Part shown: positions 58,530-64,000 of the stretch, piece by piece | Layout of the letters: every line of letters begins with the position of its first letter | How positions within the stretch are numbered: the first letter of the stretch is position 1 | From: Candidatus Cloacimonadota bacterium | GTDB taxonomy: Bacteria > Cloacimonadota > Cloacimonadia > G963667145 | Length of the DNA stretch: 64,000 bases | Direction of reading: 5' to 3' | Assembly (NCBI GenBank): GCA_963667255.1 | Contig: OY762940.1 | Location: 1,344,001 to 1,408,000, forward strand | Notes under the pieces: generated by a model | What the model was told of the DNA's origin: nothing | The model's input: only the letters and a program-made list of their open reading frames with translations | Database searches by the model: none | Translations under genes and position numbers: made by a program

Positions 58530-59243
58530 TTATATTGCTTCCTCTCCTAAATAAGCTTTCTTCACATCTTCATTATTCGCAAGCTCTTTACCAGTGCCAT
58601 GCATAGTGACTCTACCAGTTTCCAGCACGAAAGCATAATCAGAAATTTCCAAAGCCGCCTTGGCATTTTGCTCAATTAACAAGACAGTAACACCACCCTC
58701 ATTAATCCTCTGAATAACCTGCAAAATATCTTTTACAATCAAAGGAGCCAATCCAAGACTCGGCTCATCCATCATAATCAACTTCGGCTTAGTCATCAAA
58801 GCCCTACCCACGGCAAGCATCTGTTGTTCCCCTCCGGAGAGAGTTCCCGCCTCTTGCCACTGTCTCTCTTCCAATCTGGGGAAAACCTCAAAAACATACT
58901 TCATTAAATCCAAAATAACGGGCTTGCTTTTAATATTATAAGCACCCATAATCAAATTCTCTTTAACGGACAAATTAGCAAAAACTCTTCGCCCTTCAGG
59001 AACTAAAACCACACCGGATTTGACAATGTCCACAACGCTTTTGCCCAAAATTTCGTTTCCGTCATACACAACACTGCCGCTTCTAGCCTTTTCCAAGCCG
59101 ACAACTGTTCTGAGAGTCGTGGATTTCCCTGCTCCATTTGCTCCGATTAGAGAGATTATTTTGCCCTTGGGCACCTCAAAACTTATACCATCAATAGCTG
59201 TAATACCACCGAAATTCACACTGAGATTTGTAACTTTTAACAT
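58530..59243 (-). CDS. livF: Branched-chain amino acid ABC ATPase
   Basis: GANGAGKS, LSGGEQQM and DEPSLGLAP. Confidence 0.92.
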   Translation of the reverse strand: MLKVTNLSVNFGGITAIDGISFEVPKGKIISLIGANGAGKSTTLRTVVGLEKARSGSVVYDGNEILGKSVVDIVKSGVVLVPEGRRVFANLSVKENLIMGAYNIKSKPVILDLMKYVFEVFPRLEERQWQEAGTLSGGEQQMLAVGRALMTKPKLIMMDEPSLGLAPLIVKDILQVIQRINEGGVTVLLIEQNAKAALEISDYAFVLETGRVTMHGTGKELANNEDVKKAYLGEEAI

Positions 59244-59244
59244 A

Positions 59245-60012
59245 TTAATCAACCCCCAAATAAGCTTCTATCACTTTAGGATTTTTCTGAATTTCACTAG
59301 GAACACCCTTAGCTATCGTTTCCCCGTAATCTATCACATACACTCTATCGCAAACACCCATAACCACCTGCATATGATGCTCTATCAAAAAAATAGTAAC
59401 GCCAAATTTATCCCTAATCTGATGAATAAACTCCATCAATTCAACTGACTCCTGAGGATTCATACCAGCTGCAGGCTCATCCAAAAGCAAAACCTTAGGC
59501 TTGGTAGCCAAAGCTCTGGCAATTTCCAATCTTCTTTGTTTTCCGTAAGGCAAACTCGAAGCCTTATACTCAGCAAACTGCTCTAATCCAACTTCTTTCA
59601 AGAGTAACATCGCATTCTCGAACATTTTACTCTCTTCTGCACGATAACCCTTTGTCCGCAAAATAGAAGCAAAAATATTGGAGCTAATATTCATTTGTTG
59701 GGCGATAAAAACATTTTCCAAAACGCTCATATCATCAAAAAGGCGAATATTTTGAAAAGTTCTAACAACACCCTTTTTCACAATTTCTTCGATTTTCAAA
59801 CCGTCTATTTTTTCTCCGTTCAAGTAAACTTCGCCGTTAGTAGGAAGATACACTCCGGTAATCATATTGAAAATAGTGGTTTTCCCTGCCCCATTAGGAC
59901 CAATCAAACCAACAATCTCCCCCTGTTCAATCTCCATATTGTAAGTATCAACAGCGGTAAGTCCACCGAATTTTATCGTTAAATCTCTGCAACTCAATAT
60001 ACTGCTCATCAT
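59245..60012 (-). CDS. livG: Branched-chain amino acid ABC ATPase
   Basis: GPNGAGKT, RTFQNIRLF, LPYGKQRRLE and DEPAAG. Confidence 0.92.
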   Translation of the reverse strand: MMSSILSCRDLTIKFGGLTAVDTYNMEIEQGEIVGLIGPNGAGKTTIFNMITGVYLPTNGEVYLNGEKIDGLKIEEIVKKGVVRTFQNIRLFDDMSVLENVFIAQQMNISSNIFASILRTKGYRAEESKMFENAMLLLKEVGLEQFAEYKASSLPYGKQRRLEIARALATKPKVLLLDEPAAGMNPQESVELMEFIHQIRDKFGVTIFLIEHHMQVVMGVCDRVYVIDYGETIAKGVPSEIQKNPKVIEAYLGVD

Positions 60013-61052
60013 TTGCTCCTTTTAAATCTGCTTTTAACAGAGCAAACTTTTTCCCAAGACAACTCTTGCCTTCCCATGATTCCTTTGCGATAAAAAAGAA
60101 TAATAAAAAGTAAAATGGCAGAAAATACCACCATGCGAGTCCCGGGGACACCAGGTATAGTGAACAATCCAAAATTCATCGGAGCATCCAAGAAACGAAG
60201 CCCTTCCAAAGCTATAACAAAAATAATAGAACCTATAATACTTCCGGAAACGCTACCAAGTCCACCCAAAACGATAATCAAAACGATATTAAAAGTAAGA
60301 ATAAACCGGAACATCAAAGGGTCAATAGTTCCGATAAGATGGGCCAAAAGACCACCACCTATTCCCGTGAAAAAAGCCGAGATTACAAAAGCCATCAGCT
60401 TGTATTTCATGACATTAATCCCGACAGCTTTAGCGGCAATTTCGTTTTCCCGAATTGCTTTAAAGGATTTGCCGTAACTTCCTTTTATCAAAAATCCGAT
60501 AACTATCACCGTAAAAACAGCCCAACCCCAGCTCCAATAAATATTGGTATAGTCGGGCAATCCTTTTAACCCCAAAGGTCCGTTAGTTATAGATTGCAAA
60601 TTTGTGAAAACAACTCTGATAATCTCTCCGAAGCCAAGAGTAGCAATAGCCAAATAGTCGTCGGTAAGTTTCAATACTGGAAATCCAATCAAAAAAGCAA
60701 CGAAAGCAGACAAAATTCCGCCTATCAAAAGAGCAACTATAAAAGGTAGCTCCACATTAGCCAAAATCGGAACAATCGGTGTCAAAAAGAAATTCATCTC
60801 TTTAACTTGTGCGGACATAGTCAAAAGAGCACTTGCGTAAGCTCCCAAAGCCATAAATCCTGCTGAGCCCAAAGACAACATCCCGATATAGCCGTTTATC
60901 AAATTTAAACTCACAGCCAAAACTATATAGATAGCACACAGATTAAGGATTCTCACTTGATAAGACCCGAAAATAGATTCGGACAAGGACAAAAACAAGA
61001 TGCCAATTATCACCAACACAATATTCAACTTTAATTTAAGCTTTTTGTCCAT
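60009..61052 (-). CDS. livM: Branched-chain amino acid ABC permease
   Basis: DYLAIATLGFGEI and AIRENEIAAKAVG. Confidence 0.9.
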   Translation of the reverse strand: MDKKLKLKLNIVLVIIGILFLSLSESIFGSYQVRILNLCAIYIVLAVSLNLINGYIGMLSLGSAGFMALGAYASALLTMSAQVKEMNFFLTPIVPILANVELPFIVALLIGGILSAFVAFLIGFPVLKLTDDYLAIATLGFGEIIRVVFTNLQSITNGPLGLKGLPDYTNIYWSWGWAVFTVIVIGFLIKGSYGKSFKAIRENEIAAKAVGINVMKYKLMAFVISAFFTGIGGGLLAHLIGTIDPLMFRFILTFNIVLIIVLGGLGSVSGSIIGSIIFVIALEGLRFLDAPMNFGLFTIPGVPGTRMVVFSAILLFIILFYRKGIMGRQELSWEKVCSVKSRFKRSK

Positions 61053-61055
61053 AAT

Positions 61056-61943
61056 CTACACCTTCTCTATAGCGTTAGAGCCAAAAATACCAGTTGGTTT
61101 AATCATCAAAATAGCAATCAAAAGCACAAAAGCAAAAGCGTCCCTAAATCCTGATAATGAAGGAGATAAAGCGACAATAGCAATTTCCCCAAACCCAATA
61201 ACCAAACCTCCAACAACCGCACCTTTAATCTTACCAATTCCACCGACGACAGCAGCAATAAAACACTTAAGCCCGGGAATAAGTCCCATCACGGGCATCA
61301 ACTGAGGATAACGCATGCTCCACATAATACCACCTACAGCTGCCAAACCCGAACCAATAGCAAAAGTGATAGACACAACTTTGTTTACACTAATTCCCAT
61401 CAGACTTGTAGTCTCTATGTCCAAACTGGACGCTCTCATAGCCATGCCTATTTTTGTTTTGTAAATTATATGTAATAACGCCAAAAGTGCCAAAATAGTA
61501 ACAACAGGAATGTAAGCGGAAACTCCTACAAATTGCACGGAAGCAATCTTAACAATCTTACCAAAAATTTCAGGAACCGGAAAAGCCTTCGGTCTGCCTC
61601 CGAAAACAACAATACCCAAATTTTGCAAGAAAAAAGAGACACCAATCGCAGAAATCATCACCGAAACTCGAGGATAATTACGAAGAGGCTTGTAAGCAAT
61701 TTTTTCCACAAAAATTCCGGTCAATATAGTCAGCAAGATGGCCAATAAAAAACTCAGCCACCATGGCAACAAAAACACTCCAAATAAATAAAATGCAAAA
61801 TAAGCACTTATCATGAAAATCTCACCGTGAGCAAAATTTATCAGCCTTATAATCCCGTAGACCATCGTGTATCCGATAGCTATCAAGGCATAAAGGCTAC
61901 CCAAAGAAAGAGCGTTAATCAAGTGTTGAAAAAAAATATCCAA
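61056..61943 (-). CDS. livH: Branched-chain amino acid ABC permease
   Basis: YALIAIGYTMVYGIIRLINFAHGE. Confidence 0.92.
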   Translation of the reverse strand: MDIFFQHLINALSLGSLYALIAIGYTMVYGIIRLINFAHGEIFMISAYFAFYLFGVFLLPWWLSFLLAILLTILTGIFVEKIAYKPLRNYPRVSVMISAIGVSFFLQNLGIVVFGGRPKAFPVPEIFGKIVKIASVQFVGVSAYIPVVTILALLALLHIIYKTKIGMAMRASSLDIETTSLMGISVNKVVSITFAIGSGLAAVGGIMWSMRYPQLMPVMGLIPGLKCFIAAVVGGIGKIKGAVVGGLVIGFGEIAIVALSPSLSGFRDAFAFVLLIAILMIKPTGIFGSNAIEKV

Positions 61944-61999
61944 TTTATTAATTCTCCTCTACAAAATATAACAAAAGCAACAAGTAAAGCCACATTCAT

Positions 62000-62047
62000 A
62001 AAAAGACTCTTTAATCCGAAGAAAAAATCAAAGCAGATTAAAGAGTC
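62000..62047 (-). terminator. Hairpin/partial terminator between livK and livH
   Basis: GACTCTTTAATC...GATTAAAGAGTC 12-bp stem with T5 on the minus strand. Confidence 0.65.
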
Positions 62048-62064
62048 GTTAAAATAAACAAAAC

Positions 62065-63207
62065 TTATCTAGCTTCTACTGTAGTAAGATAAGTGAATTT
62101 ACCGTCTTTTATTTGTTTGATAATCGCAGGTTTGATAGCATCACCGTTAGCATCCAAAGTAACTATGCCGGCAGCACCCTCAAAACCTTCTGTTTTAGCA
62201 AGAGCATCTCTCAATTGGACAGGATCTGCTGTGCCAATTTTTTTGATAGTTTCATAAACCAATAAATATCCATCAAAACCAAGAGCAGTAACAGCAGCAG
62301 GCTCTTTGCCATATTTTTCTCTATAAGCTTTCAAGAAAACTTCAGAAGTTTTGGTAATAGGAGTCTCGGAAGTGAAGAAAGTAGACAAAACAGCACCTTC
62401 TGCAGCAGGTCCAGCTATCTCGATTAACTCTGGAGTTTCCCAAGTATCACCACCGAGCATAGGAATATCAAGACCAATTTCTTTGAGTTGTTTCATTACC
62501 AAAGCTGATTCGGTATAATTTCCGGGAGCAAAAATGGCATCAATTTTTTTACCCTTCAAAGAGGTCAATTGAGAAGTAAAATCTTGGTCTCCTGTATTAT
62601 AATCCAAAACAGTAACGATAGCATTCTCATCACTGGTAAGTTTGATGAAATCATCTGTGAAGAACTTAGCCAAAGCAACGGAATAATCGTTGGAAATCTC
62701 ACGAACTATTGCAACTTTGCGAGCACTAAGATTTGTATAAGCGTAATTTGCCATTACAGAACCTTGGAAGGGGTCTATAAAACAAGCTCTGAAATAAAAA
62801 TCGTTGCCTCTGGTAACCAAAGGATTGGTGCAAGAAATACCAATAGCTGGCACTTGAGCTTTGGCCACGATAGGACCAGCAGCCATAGAGAAAGAAGAAC
62901 CCCAGCTACCCAAGATAGCAGATACTTTCTCTTTGTCAGTCAAACGAACGGCAGCATTAGCAGCTTCTACTTTGTCAGATTTGTTATCAACAATTACCAA
63001 CTCAATCTTCTTACCCAAAACTTCCGGATACATCTCGTTAGCCATTTTAATACCCTCAACCTCCAACTCGCCACCGGCAGCATTGGCTCCAGTCAAAGGC
63101 TCAAAAACACCTATTTTGATAACTTTTGATTCGACTTTTTCTTCTTTACATCCCCAAAAAGAAAAAACTAATACAGCAAGAAATAGCAATTTAACTACTT
63201 TTAACAT
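62065..63207 (-). CDS. livK: Branched-chain amino acid ABC substrate-binding lipoprotein
   Basis: Lipobox SFWGC, IKIGVFEPLTG, TNPLVT and FRACFIDPFQG. ATG at 63207 follows GGAGG. Confidence 0.88.
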   Translation of the reverse strand: MLKVVKLLFLAVLVFSFWGCKEEKVESKVIKIGVFEPLTGANAAGGELEVEGIKMANEMYPEVLGKKIELVIVDNKSDKVEAANAAVRLTDKEKVSAILGSWGSSFSMAAGPIVAKAQVPAIGISCTNPLVTRGNDFYFRACFIDPFQGSVMANYAYTNLSARKVAIVREISNDYSVALAKFFTDDFIKLTSDENAIVTVLDYNTGDQDFTSQLTSLKGKKIDAIFAPGNYTESALVMKQLKEIGLDIPMLGGDTWETPELIEIAGPAAEGAVLSTFFTSETPITKTSEVFLKAYREKYGKEPAAVTALGFDGYLLVYETIKKIGTADPVQLRDALAKTEGFEGAAGIVTLDANGDAIKPAIIKQIKDGKFTYLTTVEAR

Positions 63208-63327
63208 ATTACCTCCCAATTCAATATTAATCGTGTTTGACTTAAATTAATCAGAGATTTATCGTCAAGATTTTTTTATGTAGCTTTTTCTTTTGAAAAA
63301 CAGCCACACAGAATAATTGACTATATA

Positions 63328-64000
63328 TTAAAAAATACCTTTGAATCTATCTAACAAATTTTCTGTCAATCTGCTACTGCCCATGGTGAATAGATGTATC
63401 CCTGGAACGCCAAAATCGAGTAACTCTTCTATCATTTTAGTTACATAATCCAGACCGAATGTTTTCTCCTCTTCGCGACTACCAGCTTCGAACAAACCAT
63501 GCACCAACTCTTTGGGAACATCAAAATAGAAAGCTCTGGGAAGAGTCATCAAAATCTTGTGCGAACCTATCGGCTTAATCCCCGGTATTATCGGAATATC
63601 TATGCCCTCAGCTCTAACCAAATTGACGAACTCCTTGAATTTTTGCACATCATAAAACATCTGTGTGATGATATAATCCGCACCCGAAGCAACTTTTTGT
63701 TTCAGATAAAACAAATCTCTCTCCATGTTCAAGGCTTCAAAATGCTTTTCGGGATAAGCTGCAATTCCAATGCAAAAATCGCTCTTCCCCGCATTATCTA
63801 CGGGAAAAAGATACTGCCCTTCGTTCATCCGCTTAATCTGAGCCACCATCTGATCGGCATGCTCAAATCCATCCTCATTGGCAACAAAAACTCGGGCACC
63901 CATCTGTGGGTCGCCTCTGATTACATAAAGATTTTTGATACCCAAGAAATTCAAATTTATAAGCAAATCTTCCAATTCATATTTGTCAACACCGCCACAA
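63328..64000 (-). CDS. metF: Methylenetetrahydrofolate reductase, 5' end outside window
   Basis: IRGD, AAYPEKH, GADYIITQMFYD, IPGIKP and IHLFTM; the frame stays open to the window end. Confidence 0.88.
   Translation of the reverse strand, partial: CGGVDKYELEDLLINLNFLGIKNLYVIRGDPQMGARVFVANEDGFEHADQMVAQIKRMNEGQYLFPVDNAGKSDFCIGIAAYPEKHFEALNMERDLFYLKQKVASGADYIITQMFYDVQKFKEFVNLVRAEGIDIPIIPGIKPIGSHKILMTLPRAFYFDVPKELVHGLFEAGSREEEKTFGLDYVTKMIEELLDFGVPGIHLFTMGSSRLTENLLDRFKGIF

Noticed and set aside
465..63250. All plus-strand ORFs in the track (e.g. 14796-16391, 56537-57469, 21016-21873)
   Set aside because: They are antisense shadows of well-supported minus-strand genes with no recognisable motifs.
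63220..63327. T-box or riboswitch upstream of livK
   Set aside because: The gap is only about 110 bp and has no T-box motif or terminator.

Overview
Chromosomal window (about 35-40% GC by eye) from an anaerobic, probably diderm, fermentative bacterium (LptE-like lipoprotein, PFOR, Bcd-Etf; the gene content suggests Cloacimonadota, but that is inference). Every credible gene is on the minus strand. Left to right: mutM (partial), perR and a rubrerythrin with a Per-box; a nucleobase catabolic cluster (GNAT, cyclase-family hydrolase, YahG/YahF/YahE-type FdrA trio, UraA-type permease, three-subunit Mo-hydroxylase, carboxyltransferase); a second XdhD/YgfM-like Mo-hydroxylase; a butyrate/3-hydroxybutyrate block (thiolase, GntP permease, CoA-transferase, hbd, etfAB, bcd, MaoC); cinA, mscS, a Nudix hydrolase, four tandem Aas-like adenylate-forming paralogues, glmS, nifU, gatA and gpmI; a low-GC island of three lipoprotein genes; rluB, lptE-like, dnaJ, dnaK, an ADH, an Isf and grpE under CIRCE; nifJ; livFGMHK; metF (partial). 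Three things stand out. (1) The 3' end of the FGE-sulfatase lipoprotein looks like a diversity-generating retroelement variable region, although no TR or RT is in the window. (2) The leader of the same operon holds an 8-bp repeat array inside a uORF ahead of an intrinsic terminator, which could be a repeat-number-dependent phase-variable attenuator. (3) The Mo-hydroxylase/cyclase/YahEFG/GNAT/carboxyltransferase cluster could encode an uncharacterised anaerobic oxidative nucleobase pathway. All family calls are from motif recognition; no database searches were run.
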